This document shows, one piece after another, positions 39,498 through 50,412 of a DNA stretch of 64,000 nucleotides (position 1 is its first letter; the number at the start of each line of letters is the position of its first letter). Under the pieces are notes generated by a model. That model saw only the letters and a program-made list of their open reading frames with translations, did no database searches and was not told the origin of the DNA. The stretch spans positions 96,001 to 160,000 of the forward strand of contig JAZURI010000003.1 of NCBI GenBank assembly GCA_045606105.1, read 5' to 3'. The position numbers and the translations under genes are program-made. Source of the stretch: Spirochaetia bacterium (GTDB taxonomy: Bacteria; Spirochaetota; Spirochaetia; CADAEX01).

Positions 39498-40742
39498 ATG
39501 AAAAAAACAGCTGCAGCCATACTGTTTCTGCTCATGCTTGCGGTTTTTCCCACATGGGGGGACGGTATCATGCCGCCTGAGCCGGTGCTCAACTGCAGGG
39601 CTGCTGTCCTTATGGACTATGATACGGGGACAGTGCTTTTCAGCAAGAACCCCTCGGCTGAAATTCCCCCGGCCTCAATGACAAAACTCATGACCTCCTT
39701 TCTCCTTTTCGAAAAAATAGAGAGGGGAGAGCTTTCACTTGATGATATCTATACCGTTTCCGAAAAGGCCGATTTCAAGAATGCACCACCCAGGTCGTCA
39801 CTGCTTTTTCTGGAACGGGGACAGAGGTTGACAATAAAGGAGCTGGTTACAGGGCTTCTTGTGGTTTCCGGCAATGATGCGGCCACGGCAGTGGCAGAGC
39901 TGGTTGCAGGGGGACGGGAGGAGTGTGTCGCCCTGATGAACAAACGGGCCGCGGAGCTTGGGTTTCCTTCCTTTCATTTTGAGGATGTATCCGGGTACGA
40001 CAGCCGCAACAAGGTCAATCCCCTTGATTTCTGCCGTTTCTGCAGGCTCTACATAAAAACCTGCTACGATTATTTTGCCGACATAGTGGGAATCGAAACA
40101 TTGGGATATCCCGAAAGAAAGCATCTGGCAGGGACCAAGCCTACCTACGGAAAAATTGTCCAGAACAATTCCAACGAGCTGATAGGGCGGTACGACGGAG
40201 TCGATGGCATTAAAACAGGTTATATAGATGAATCCGGCTATAATGTGGCCCTGACAGCCCGGAGGGACGGAATGAGGCTTGTGGCCGTGATAATGGGAAT
40301 CGATGCCTCCAAACCTTCGGAGGGAAAGCTTCTCAGGGGAATAGACGGATCTGCCCTGATTACCTATGGCTTCAGCACTTTCAGAACCTTCAGACCGGCT
40401 ATGGGTGAAAAGCTTGAGATTCCGGTTTATCACTGCAGCAGCAAAAAAGCGGAAATAGTTCCGGTAATAGATACACCTGTCACTGTCCCTTACAGCCGTC
40501 TCGGAGAGCTGGTTTTCAATGTGAGCATGAAACAGGATATGAAGGGGGAAATGGCTGCGGGGACAGAGGTTGGCCGCTATACCCTGACTCTCGGGGACAG
40601 AGGTTTGGCAGAAGGTCCCATGGTTCTCAGTGAAGGGACAGAAAAATGTTCACCTTTGCAGAATATCCCCGAATTCTTCCGCTTCCTGTTTAAAAAGTCA
40701 GTTGCAGAAAGGAAAATATCTGCTATAATATCACAGTTATGA
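39498..40742 (+). CDS. dacA: D-alanyl-D-alanine carboxypeptidase (S11)
   Basis: SMTK, SGN and KTG motifs; signal peptide. Confidence 0.92.
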   Translation: MKKTAAAILFLLMLAVFPTWGDGIMPPEPVLNCRAAVLMDYDTGTVLFSKNPSAEIPPASMTKLMTSFLLFEKIERGELSLDDIYTVSEKADFKNAPPRSSLLFLERGQRLTIKELVTGLLVVSGNDAATAVAELVAGGREECVALMNKRAAELGFPSFHFEDVSGYDSRNKVNPLDFCRFCRLYIKTCYDYFADIVGIETLGYPERKHLAGTKPTYGKIVQNNSNELIGRYDGVDGIKTGYIDESGYNVALTARRDGMRLVAVIMGIDASKPSEGKLLRGIDGSALITYGFSTFRTFRPAMGEKLEIPVYHCSSKKAEIVPVIDTPVTVPYSRLGELVFNVSMKQDMKGEMAAGTEVGRYTLTLGDRGLAEGPMVLSEGTEKCSPLQNIPEFFRFLFKKSVAERKISAIISQL

Positions 40743-40993
40743 CACGGGAAGATTTTATTTTTACGATAGGTTTTGACGGAGACGGTCCTGTAGTTGACAA
40801 GCTGAATGCAAAAAAATTCGGAAAACTGGGGACAGAGGATTTATTCAGGGAAGGTTTTTACAAGTCGGCAGTATGCTCTGCGGTCTTTTCAGGCAGTGAA
40901 GCGCAGGAAAAGCTGATTCTTGATCTCTACAATGAAAAATCGGACAGAAAGGTAGGTTCCTTTGCCGAACTGAAGGCTGTTTTCGGAGTCTGA
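40739..40993 (+). CDS. Hypothetical protein
   Basis: 84-aa ORF overlapping the dacA stop (ATGA). Confidence 0.7.
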   Translation: MTREDFIFTIGFDGDGPVVDKLNAKKFGKLGTEDLFREGFYKSAVCSAVFSGSEAQEKLILDLYNEKSDRKVGSFAELKAVFGV

Positions 40994-41068
40994 ACTTTCT
41001 TTATTGACTAGAGACTTATTTAGTGATAATTATTATAAGATAATTAATTTTTTCTTAAAGGAAACAAC

Positions 41069-41443
41069 ATGAACAGTATTCTTATGGACATGCCTGTACT
41101 TCAGGGCGCAGGAAACGGACTTACAACTTTGTTCACCTTTGGTGGTGTAATCCTCATTTTCTACTTCTTTATTATTCGTCCTCAGAACAAGAAGAATAAA
41201 GAGACACAGAAGATGCTGGCCGGACTCAAAAAATTTGACAAGGTTGTAACAATCGGCGGTATCAGAGGGGTTGTACAGACAGTCAAGGAGCAGAGTGTTA
41301 TTGTCAAGGTTGACGATAATGCAAAGATTGAGTTCACAAAGGGTGCAATTGCACAGGTTCTTGAAAGTCACGAGGCAAAACTTGACGGTGACGGAAAAGA
41401 GATCGAAAGCGACAAAGAAAAAAATAAAAAAGAAGATAAATAA
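41069..41443 (+). CDS. yajC: Preprotein translocase subunit YajC
   Basis: FYFFIIRPQ and VVTIGGIRG. Confidence 0.95.
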   Translation: MNSILMDMPVLQGAGNGLTTLFTFGGVILIFYFFIIRPQNKKNKETQKMLAGLKKFDKVVTIGGIRGVVQTVKEQSVIVKVDDNAKIEFTKGAIAQVLESHEAKLDGDGKEIESDKEKNKKEDK

Positions 41444-41463
41444 AACACCGGAGAAATGATTTT

Positions 41464-43191
41464 ATGAGTAAAAGAGCCAGATTTTTCATAGTACTTCTGG
41501 TTGTAGGTATTGCTTCTGTTTTTCTCTATCCTACCTTCAAGTGGTATTTCGGAACAAGTGAAGACAGCAAGGCAATTGCAACAGGCTCAAGAGAGCAGAT
41601 CAGAACCTATTCACAGGCCAAGGCAGCAGAGGATTTGGAATATCTCGAATCCCTGGTAAAGCAGAACCCGGGCCAGACAATTCCTGAAAAGTACAATTTC
41701 CTCAGGGATATGGCTGCAGCAAACTACAAGCTGATCAAGAAAGATGCACCGTCATCCTGGTCGGTAGAAAGTGTTCTGAGCAGTTTCAAGAACAAGAAAC
41801 ACCTTTTTAACAGTATTGAAGGTTATTACAGAGACAATGTAATGGCACTCAAGGAACAGAGCAAGAATATCCTCCAGCTGGGTCTCGACCTTTCCGGCGG
41901 TATGAATGTACTGCTTGAAGCTGACATGAACAGCCTCGGTGAAAAGCTGGGCAGAATTCCAAGTGCAGAGGACAAGAAGGGGGCCATTGACAGAGCCATC
42001 GAAATCCTCAATAACAGAATTGACAGATTCGGTATCACAGAGCCTCAGATCAGAAGACAGGGCGAAACAGGCATTACAATTGAAATTCCGGGTGCAGCCG
42101 ATCCTGAAAGGGTAAATGCATTCCTCATGGGAAAAGGCAAGCTCAATTTCCATATCGTTGATGATGATGCCACAATGGCACTCAGGGATTATATCGACAG
42201 GAATCCGGGAAAAGCTCTTGATGCAGAGGGTCAGCCTGTGGACAAGTCACTTCTTCCTGCAGGAACAGTATGCAGACGCTTTGTACAGAAGGACAGATAC
42301 GGTATTGACTATACAGCAAACTATATAGCTATCAGGGAAGAGGTTGGACTTGACGGTTCACATATCGTTGATGCACAGGTTGGAAACGATCCTGTAACCG
42401 GCCGTCCTGTTATCAACTTCACACTTGACAAGGAAGGTTCTGATATCTTCTTCAAGCTTACAGCTGCCAATGTAAACAAGACCCTTTCCATCGTTCTTGA
42501 TGACAATGTAAAGGCCGGTGCCACAATTCAGGAAGCTATTTCCGGAGGACAGGTCAGAATGTCAGGACTTGACAAGCAGGAAGCACAGGATATCGCTCTC
42601 GTTCTCAGAACAGCAGCCCTTCCTGTAACACTTGAAATTTCCAACCAGCAGGCTGTAGGTGCTTCCCTCGGTGAAGACTCCATTCGTCAGGGTGTAAGAG
42701 CCATGCTCCTCGGACTTCTTCTTGTAATTATCTTCATGGCTATCTATTATAAGGGTGCAGGTCTTATTGCAGACTGTATGTTGCTTCTCAACCTTTTCCT
42801 CATGGTAGGTATCCTTTCAGCATTCAACCTTACACTTACCCTTACAAGTATTGCAGGTCTTATCCTTAATATCGGTATGTCAGTGGATGCAAATGTCGTA
42901 ATCTTCGAAAGAATCAAGGAAGAGTACAGACTCGGTAAGACAGCGGCAGCAGCAGTCAAGTCAGGTTTCAAGAAATCATTCTGGGCAATCATGGACTCAA
43001 ACATTACAACCTTCATAGTTGCAATCTTCATGTCTCAGCTGGGAACAGGTCCTATCCAGGGCTTCGCCTATACACTGGCTGTAGGTATCGTAACATCCAT
43101 GTTCTCTGCAATCTTCGTTTCAAGATTGGTTTTTGACTTCTGCATTGATGTGGGCAAAATGAAAAAATTAAGCATCGGATGGGGGAAATAA
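41464..43191 (+). CDS. secD: Protein translocase subunit SecD
   Basis: LGLDLSGG, VGASLG, GMSVDANVVIFERIKEE. Confidence 0.97.
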   Translation: MSKRARFFIVLLVVGIASVFLYPTFKWYFGTSEDSKAIATGSREQIRTYSQAKAAEDLEYLESLVKQNPGQTIPEKYNFLRDMAAANYKLIKKDAPSSWSVESVLSSFKNKKHLFNSIEGYYRDNVMALKEQSKNILQLGLDLSGGMNVLLEADMNSLGEKLGRIPSAEDKKGAIDRAIEILNNRIDRFGITEPQIRRQGETGITIEIPGAADPERVNAFLMGKGKLNFHIVDDDATMALRDYIDRNPGKALDAEGQPVDKSLLPAGTVCRRFVQKDRYGIDYTANYIAIREEVGLDGSHIVDAQVGNDPVTGRPVINFTLDKEGSDIFFKLTAANVNKTLSIVLDDNVKAGATIQEAISGGQVRMSGLDKQEAQDIALVLRTAALPVTLEISNQQAVGASLGEDSIRQGVRAMLLGLLLVIIFMAIYYKGAGLIADCMLLLNLFLMVGILSAFNLTLTLTSIAGLILNIGMSVDANVVIFERIKEEYRLGKTAAAAVKSGFKKSFWAIMDSNITTFIVAIFMSQLGTGPIQGFAYTLAVGIVTSMFSAIFVSRLVFDFCIDVGKMKKLSIGWGK

Positions 43192-43194
43192 GAG

Positions 43195-44154
43195 ATGAAA
43201 AACAAGATTTACGAATTCATAAAACTCAGATATATTGCTCCTGTAACTTCCGTTGTTATCATAGTTATCCTTTTTGCAATCACAGGCGTAAAGGGTGGTT
43301 TTAACCTGGGAATCGACTTCCTGTCAGGTCTCAACATGCGTGTTCAGATTGCTCCGTCTGCAGTAAAGACTGATATTTCAGATATGAGAAATGTTCTTTC
43401 AGCAGCAGGTGCCGCTCAGATTCAGGTAATCGGAGATGCGGCTGATCAGGAATTCAGCATCAGGGTAAGAGAAACCGGAGAGCAGACCGGTGCTGCGGTA
43501 TCCGGCAAGGTTACAGACCTTCTTGAGAAGAAATTCGGTGCTGCAAACGTTACAGTAAAACAGTCAGAGTTTTCAGGTCCTAGATTTTCACAGGCTTTGA
43601 GTCTTCAGTCTGTTTCACTTATCTGTTTCTCACTGGCACTCATGCTTGTATACATCTGGATCAGATTCAGGCTTGCATATGGTATATCCTCAATCCTGGC
43701 CCTGACACACGATGCCCTGATTATGGTTGGTGTAATCGGTGCACTTCAGCTTGAAGTTGATGTAACAACAATTGCGGCCGTGCTTACAATTATCGGTTAT
43801 TCCCTCAATGCTACAATCGTTATCTTTGACAGAGTAAAGGAGAATGTTATACTGCTCAAGGGAAATCCGCTCAAGCATATCCTTAACACAAGTATTTCAC
43901 AGTCACTTTCAAGAGGTGTCATCACATCCCTGACCACATTGATTGCAGTACTTGCCATTTATCTGTTCGGTGTGGGAGTTATCAAAAACTTCGCATTCAA
44001 CCTGATAATCGGTATCTGTGTGGGAACCTATTCCTCATTCTTCATCGCCCCTTCTATCCTCTATATCTGGATGGCTAAGGTTCAGAAGATCAAGTTCGAG
44101 GGAGATGCCGCTCCTGTACAGGCTCAGCCTGAGACAGCAGCAGAAACAAAGTAA
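43195..44154 (+). CDS. secF: Protein translocase subunit SecF
   Basis: LGIDFLSG, GYSLNATIVIFDR, GTYSS. Confidence 0.96.
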   Translation: MKNKIYEFIKLRYIAPVTSVVIIVILFAITGVKGGFNLGIDFLSGLNMRVQIAPSAVKTDISDMRNVLSAAGAAQIQVIGDAADQEFSIRVRETGEQTGAAVSGKVTDLLEKKFGAANVTVKQSEFSGPRFSQALSLQSVSLICFSLALMLVYIWIRFRLAYGISSILALTHDALIMVGVIGALQLEVDVTTIAAVLTIIGYSLNATIVIFDRVKENVILLKGNPLKHILNTSISQSLSRGVITSLTTLIAVLAIYLFGVGVIKNFAFNLIIGICVGTYSSFFIAPSILYIWMAKVQKIKFEGDAAPVQAQPETAAETK

Positions 44155-44177
44155 TCTGATAATTAAGGATTATCCGG

Positions 44178-44207
44178 TCCCGCGGTTCAAGCCGCGGGAT
44201 TTTTTTT
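44178..44207 (+). terminator. Intrinsic terminator after secF
   Basis: TCCCGCGG-TTCAAG-CCGCGGGA followed by T8. Confidence 0.85.
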
Positions 44208-44247
44208 ACTTGACAAAAATGTTGCTATAAATATAATTATCACAAAC

Positions 44248-44321
44248 GGGCCTATAGCTCAGTTGGTTAGAGCCCTCGACTCATAATCGAGTGGTCCCTG
44301 GTTCAAGTCCATGTGGGCCCA
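44248..44321 (+). tRNA. tRNA with CAT anticodon, probably tRNA-Ile2 (lysidine)
   Basis: GGGCCTA/TGGGCCC acceptor, CTCGA-CTCATAA-TCGAG; promoter TTGACA(44210)...TATAAT(44232). Confidence 0.88.
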
Positions 44322-44322
44322 G

Positions 44323-44354
44323 AAATCTCCTGTCTTGCAGGAGATTTTTTTTTT
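44323..44354 (+). terminator. Intrinsic terminator after tRNA
   Basis: AAATCTCCTG-TCTTG-CAGGAGATTT followed by a T run. Confidence 0.85.
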
Positions 44355-44364
44355 GCTCTTTTGC

Positions 44365-44425
44365 GGTGAGTTGCGTGGGGACAGAGGATATTGCTTGGTG
44401 ATTGCTTGGGGGACAGAGATATTTG
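44365..44425 (+). repeat. Imperfect ~32-bp tandem repeat, each unit carrying GGGGACAGAG
   Basis: GGTGAGTTGCGTGGGGACAGAGGATATTGCTT followed by GGTGATTGCTTGGGGGACAGAGATATTTG. Confidence 0.8.
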
Positions 44426-44472
44426 AAGCAGAACTTCATTAATTTTGTTTAACATTGTTAAAGGAGAAAACA

Positions 44473-44946
44473 ATGGGAAGAAGAAACAGAATCACCGTTG
44501 ATGGCGGAACCTACCATATTATTAACAAAATTAATGAAGAAAAGATGCTTCTTGAATCGTCATTGATCAAGACTTTGTTCATGAAAATAATCAAAGAGGC
44601 AAAATTTCGTAAAAAATTTAGGTTTAGTCTCAAAAATATTACAATTATGGACAATCATATTCATATGATTATAAAAATGGAACAAGGAGAAAGCTTATCC
44701 AGGTTGATGCAGTGGATTTTTTCTGTCTTTGCCCTTCGTTATAATCGAAGATTTAACAGAAAAGGTCATCTTTGGATTGATAGATTCAAAAGTAAGCTTA
44801 TAGAAACTTTATCTGCATATAGGGCAATATTTGAATATATCTGTAATAATCCGGTTAAGGCAGGTATTGTAAAAAGTGCTGAGGATTATATTTTTGGGTT
44901 CTGGCAATTGAGAGGCAACAGCGAATTTCAGGCACTTTTTACTTGA
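44473..44946 (+). mobile_element. REP-associated tyrosine transposase (RAYT, HUH/Y1 family)
   Basis: TYHI, MDNHIH (HUH), GHLW...RFKS, YICNNPVKAG (catalytic Tyr); RBS AAGGAG before ATG 44473; AT-rich. Confidence 0.9.
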
Positions 44947-44977
44947 AAATCTGACATGGATTAATTAAATTAAAGTT

Positions 44978-45769
44978 ATGAACCGATTGGAGCTTCTTGA
45001 TAAGGTTTATAATGAATATCATCGGGAGGAGTACATATATCCTGATCCTCTGTCCCCGGTATTATCCTATAAAAACGCCGATGACAGGGAAGTTGCAGCT
45101 ATTATTGCATCTTCTCTTGCTTTAGGACGGGTTGATCTTATCCTTAAAGCGGTAAATTCTGTGCTTTTACCACTCGGCTCTCATCCGGCTTCTGAACTTG
45201 ATTCTCTCTCGGTGTCGGATTTGAGAGAAATTTATCATGATTTCGTTTATAGATTTTTTAAAACCGATGAAATAACCGGTTTTTTATATGCAATTAAGGT
45301 GATACGCGGGGACAGAGGAAGCCTCCAAGCCCTTTTTACCACAAATTACACCCAAGGAAAGGGCATTACAAGCGGTATTACAGCTCTCAGCAATGAAATT
45401 GCCAGGATTTCAGAGGGTAAATCGGCTATGTTGCTCCCATCTCCTGAAAAAGGCAGTGCCTGTAAAAGGGTTAATCTTTTTCTTAGATGGATGGTCCGGC
45501 ATGATAACATTGATCCGGGAGGATGGTCTGATATAAATACCTGTGATTTGTTGGTTCCGGTTGATACCCATATGTATGATATTGCAAAACGTCTCAGGTT
45601 TACATCCAGAAAGACTGCAGATTTCAAAACAGCAGTTGAAATTACTGCCGGTTTTGCAGAAATTGTTCCTGAAGACCCTGTAAAATATGATTTTTCACTT
45701 ACAAGATTGGGAATACATCCTGATCTTGATAAGGAAATATTTAAAAATCTTGATTTTAAAGGAGAATAG
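44978..45769 (+). CDS. TIGR02757/DUF2400 family protein (HhH-GPD-like)
   Basis: [29 protein letters not shown]. Confidence 0.88.
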   Translation: MNRLELLDKVYNEYHREEYIYPDPLSPVLSYKNADDREVAAIIASSLALGRVDLILKAVNSVLLPLGSHPASELDSLSVSDLREIYHDFVYRFFKTDEITGFLYAIKVIRGDRGSLQALFTTNYTQGKGITSGITALSNEIARISEGKSAMLLPSPEKGSACKRVNLFLRWMVRHDNIDPGGWSDINTCDLLVPVDTHMYDIAKRLRFTSRKTADFKTAVEITAGFAEIVPEDPVKYDFSLTRLGIHPDLDKEIFKNLDFKGE

Positions 45770-45770
45770 C

Positions 45771-45926
45771 ATGAAGTATATCTGTAATCTTTGCGGCTAT
45801 ATTTACGATCCTGCAACAGGAGATCCTGACAGTGGAGTCAAAGCTGGAACAAAATGGGAAAATGTTCCTGCCGATTGGTGCTGTCCTGTTTGCGCAGCAT
45901 CAAAAGACCAGTTCAGCCCGGCATAA
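45771..45926 (+). CDS. Rubredoxin
   Basis: [12 protein letters not shown]...WCCPVC; RBS GGAG. Confidence 0.95.
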   Translation: MKYICNLCGYIYDPATGDPDSGVKAGTKWENVPADWCCPVCAASKDQFSPA

Positions 45927-45938
45927 GCTGCTTTAACC

Positions 45939-45973
45939 GGGGACAGAGGTTTATCTGATAAACCTCTGTCCCC
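45939..45973. repeat. Perfect 35-bp palindrome built from two motif copies (REP-like)
   Basis: GGGGACAGAGGTTTATC-T-GATAAACCTCTGTCCCC. Confidence 0.95.
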
Positions 45974-45998
45974 ATGCCTTTCTTTCCCCTTATCTTTG

Positions 45999-46027
45999 TT
46001 GACATTCCCATTCCTTTACTCTATTAT
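45999..46027 (+). promoter_or_regulatory. Sigma70-type promoter of the gap operon
   Basis: TTGACA-17 bp-TATTAT. Confidence 0.75.
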
Positions 46028-46033
46028 ATATAA

Positions 46034-47071
<1,038 letters not shown>

Positions 47072-47090
47072 TAAAGCTAAGGGTAGGATA

Positions 47091-48272
47091 ATGGTACTCA
47101 ATACAATCAGGGATGCAGATCTGACAGGTAAACGTGTTCTCATCCGTGTCGACTTCAATGTGCCTCTCAAGGATGGTATAGTCAAGGATGATACAAGAAT
47201 CCGTGCGGCTGTTCCTACTATTGAATATATTCTTTCTCAGAAGGGAACTTCTGTTGTGGTCATGAGTCATTTCGGTCGTCCTAAGGGACAGAAGAATCCG
47301 GAATTTTCCATGGCTCCTATCGGAAAGAGATTCCAGGAGATCATCGGGCGTCCCGTAAAGGTTGCTTCAGATGTCATCGGTGATGCCGTAGCAGCAGAGG
47401 CTTCTGCTCTCAGAGAGGGAGAAATCCTTCTTCTTGAAAATGTCCGCTTCTATCCTGAAGAGGAAAAGAACGGTACAGAATTTGCCAAGGCACTTGCATC
47501 TCTCGGAGATGTTTATGTGAACGATGCTTTCGGTACTGCCCACAGAGCCCATGCCTCCACAGAGGGTGTTGCCCATTTCCTCCCTGCATATGCCGGATTC
47601 CTCATCGAGAAAGAGGTAAAGTTCATGGCTCCTCTTCTTGAGAATCCGGCTCATCCTTTTGTCGCCATCATCGGCGGTGCAAAGGTTTCCTCCAAGATCG
47701 GAGTTCTTCAGTCGCTTCTCAGAACCTGCGATACAATGGTTATCGGCGGGGGTATGGCCTATACATTCCTCAAGGTACAGGGATACAGTGTAGGTAAGTC
47801 TCTCGTGGAAGCTGACTATATCGATACAGCAAAGGCTTTCCTTGAAGCTGCAGCTGCCAAGAATGTAAAGGTAATCCTCCCGGTTGACCATGTGGTTGCC
47901 GCTTCATTTGCAGAGGATGCCGCACCTGAGCTTATCAGCTCTCCTGACATTCCTGAAGACAGGATGGGAATGGATGTGGGACCTGAAACCATTGCCCTTA
48001 TCAAGGAGGCTCTGGCTTCAGCAGCAACTGTTGTATGGAACGGACCTCTCGGTGTATTCGAGTTTGACAGCTTCGCAAAGGGAACTCTTGAAATTGCCAG
48101 ATCTGTTGCTGAATGCAGCGGCATTACTGTTGTAGGAGGGGGAGATTCTGTAGCGGCTGTAAACAAGTTCGGCCTTGCAGACAGACTCAGCCATGTTTCT
48201 ACCGGCGGCGGTGCTTCATTGGAATTCCTTCAGGGACTTCCGCTTCCGGGAATTGTTGCTTTGGAAAAATAG
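47091..48272 (+). CDS. pgk: Phosphoglycerate kinase
   Basis: [25 protein letters not shown]. Confidence 0.98.
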   Translation: MVLNTIRDADLTGKRVLIRVDFNVPLKDGIVKDDTRIRAAVPTIEYILSQKGTSVVVMSHFGRPKGQKNPEFSMAPIGKRFQEIIGRPVKVASDVIGDAVAAEASALREGEILLLENVRFYPEEEKNGTEFAKALASLGDVYVNDAFGTAHRAHASTEGVAHFLPAYAGFLIEKEVKFMAPLLENPAHPFVAIIGGAKVSSKIGVLQSLLRTCDTMVIGGGMAYTFLKVQGYSVGKSLVEADYIDTAKAFLEAAAAKNVKVILPVDHVVAASFAEDAAPELISSPDIPEDRMGMDVGPETIALIKEALASAATVVWNGPLGVFEFDSFAKGTLEIARSVAECSGITVVGGGDSVAAVNKFGLADRLSHVSTGGGASLEFLQGLPLPGIVALEK

Positions 48273-48280
48273 GGGGATTT

Positions 48281-49036
48281 ATGTCCAGAATCAGATATAT
48301 CGCAGGTAACTGGAAAATGAACAAGCTTTCAGGCGAAGCAGTTACACTTGCAAAGGAAATAGCAGAAGGTGCAAAGGATCTCGGATGCAGAATCATGATC
48401 GCACCTCCTTTTACAGCTCTCTCTGAAGTGAGCAAGGTTGTCAGGGGAACAAATGTTCTTCTCGGTGCCCAGAATATGTCAAATGCCGTTTCAGGTGCAT
48501 ACACCGGAGAGGTTTCACCGGACATGCTTATCGATCTCGGTGTTTCCGTTGTTATTCTCGGTCATTCCGAAAGACGCACCCTTTACGGAGAAACAGATGC
48601 TTTCATCAATTCAAAGGTGAAGCTTGCCCTTGAAAAGGGTCTTGATGTGATTCTCTGCGTAGGTGAGACTCTTGCTGAAAGAGAAGCAGGAAAAGCTGCG
48701 GAAATTGTATCTTTTCAGGTTGAAAACGGTTTGAAAGATATAAGTGTTGATTTTATTGAAAAAATTACGGTTGCCTATGAGCCTGTATGGGCTATCGGTA
48801 CCGGAAAGACAGCAACTGCCGAAGATGCAGAGGCTGTTCATAAGGTTATCAGGGAAAAGCTTGCTGAAATGTACAGTTCAGAGGCTGCAGAAAAGGTACT
48901 TATCCAGTACGGCGGTTCCATGAAGCCTGAAAATGCTGCCGGTCTTCTTGCAATGCCTGACATTGACGGCGGACTTATCGGCGGTGCAGCCTTGAAAAGC
49001 GAAAGCTTTTTGGCTATACTGAAATGTGCTGAATAA
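48281..49036 (+). CDS. tpiA: Triosephosphate isomerase
   Basis: AGNWKMN, GHSERR, AYEPVWAIGTG; true start at 48281. Confidence 0.97.
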   Translation: MSRIRYIAGNWKMNKLSGEAVTLAKEIAEGAKDLGCRIMIAPPFTALSEVSKVVRGTNVLLGAQNMSNAVSGAYTGEVSPDMLIDLGVSVVILGHSERRTLYGETDAFINSKVKLALEKGLDVILCVGETLAEREAGKAAEIVSFQVENGLKDISVDFIEKITVAYEPVWAIGTGKTATAEDAEAVHKVIREKLAEMYSSEAAEKVLIQYGGSMKPENAAGLLAMPDIDGGLIGGAALKSESFLAILKCAE

Positions 49037-49050
49037 TTAAAGAGGTAAAT

Positions 49051-49377
49051 ATGGGAATTTTAAGTATTATTTTGCTTGTTTTGTTTGTTATTGCATCACT
49101 TCTGCTTATTCTTCTTGTTCTTGTGCAGGATGATCAGGGTGACGGTATCGGAGGGATCTTCGGAGGCGCAAGCTCAACTCCTTTCGGTTCAAAATCAGGA
49201 AATGTCCTCACAAAGTTTACATCTATTCTGGCGGCATTCTTCCTTATCCTTTCTCTCGGTCTGGCATGGGTCAACAGAAGTACTGAACAGGACGACCTTC
49301 TCGGTTCTGTAAAAAGCGCTGAAGCAGCTGAAGCAGCTGAATGGTGGAATGAATCTGCCGAACAGGGAAATAAATAA
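49051..49377 (+). CDS. secG: Preprotein translocase subunit SecG
   Basis: Two TM helices around VQ...GIGGIFGG; follows tpiA. Confidence 0.93.
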   Translation: MGILSIILLVLFVIASLLLILLVLVQDDQGDGIGGIFGGASSTPFGSKSGNVLTKFTSILAAFFLILSLGLAWVNRSTEQDDLLGSVKSAEAAEAAEWWNESAEQGNK

Positions 49378-49392
49378 TCCGGGGTTTCTGTC

Positions 49393-50409
49393 ATGAAAAA
49401 GTTTCTTCTTGCGGTTTTCCTTACATTAGTGTGCCTCGGTGACGGTTTTGCTCAGGAATCCCTTGATTCAAAGGTTGCCATAGTAAATCTCACCAAGCCT
49501 GAAATCATATCCAGAAAACAGCTGGATCAGACTGTCAAGCTTCTGCAGGCTACCGGAATCAACAAAAGCGAACAGGAAATTCTTGAAGTCATGATTGACG
49601 ATGTTCTTCTTAAACAGGGAACAGAAAAAGAAGGAATTAATATTTCAGAGGCTGAGATTATTTCAGCTCTCAGAAAGGAAGTAGGAGCTTCAGGCCAGGC
49701 TGCAACCGATGACCAGCTCAAGCAGTTCGTTGAACAGCGGATGCAGGTAAGCTGGAACGTTTATGCCGACAGAAGCAAGACTACTCTGGGAATCCAGAGA
49801 TATATCAGGAAGGTAAAGGGAAGCAAGCTTTCCAATATCCCTGCACCGTCTCAGCCTGAAATCCAGCGTTTCTACGACAGCAACTCAAAGCAGTTCTTCG
49901 TTCCTAAGACAGTTACACTGGACCATATCTATGTGGACACCAGATCCCTTACTGCCGACGAAAAGGCAAAGGCACTGGAGCGTATAAATGAATACAGCAC
50001 CAAGATAAAGAAGGATTCAAAGGAATTTGACAAATATGTTGAATTCTCCGATGATTCCGCTTCCAAGTACAACAACGGAAGATTCGGTACTCTCCGTATC
50101 GACGATGTCAACAGGAAGAAATTCATGGGCGAAGATTTCTTTACTGCAGTTTTTGCAATGAACAAGGGCGATATCAGCTCTGTCATCACATCCAATGTAG
50201 GATATCACATTGTAAGGGTTGCAGATGTTTCCGAACCAAGACTTCTCGGTATCCATGAAAAGATTTCCGAAAATCAGAAGCTTACCGTAAGCGATACAAT
50301 CAAGCAGTATCTCACAGCCCAGAAGCAGGACATGATTTTCAAGGAATGTGTAAAAGAGGTCACAGAAGATCTCAGAAAAAAAGCTGACATCAAATATTTT
50401 CTGAAATAA
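49393..50409 (+). CDS. SurA/PrsA-like peptidyl-prolyl isomerase
   Basis: Signal peptide, parvulin SDD...GRFG and GYHIVRV. Confidence 0.85.
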   Translation: MKKFLLAVFLTLVCLGDGFAQESLDSKVAIVNLTKPEIISRKQLDQTVKLLQATGINKSEQEILEVMIDDVLLKQGTEKEGINISEAEIISALRKEVGASGQAATDDQLKQFVEQRMQVSWNVYADRSKTTLGIQRYIRKVKGSKLSNIPAPSQPEIQRFYDSNSKQFFVPKTVTLDHIYVDTRSLTADEKAKALERINEYSTKIKKDSKEFDKYVEFSDDSASKYNNGRFGTLRIDDVNRKKFMGEDFFTAVFAMNKGDISSVITSNVGYHIVRVADVSEPRLLGIHEKISENQKLTVSDTIKQYLTAQKQDMIFKECVKEVTEDLRKKADIKYFLK

Positions 50410-50412
50410 GCT

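Noticed and set aside
44365-44425. Possible mini-CRISPR array
   Set aside because: Only two imperfect adjacent units, no spacers and no cas genes in the window.
44473-44946. IS200/IS605 TnpA call
   Set aside because: No tnpB and no IS200-type subterminal hairpins recognised; the sequence pattern (GHLW..RFKS, YIxxNPVKAG) fits RAYT better.
48113-48280. N-terminal extension of tpiA in the ORF track (similar extensions on pepF, mvaD, HAD, rubredoxin)
   Set aside because: Overlaps upstream genes or promoters; downstream starts match family N-termini and, where visible, an RBS.
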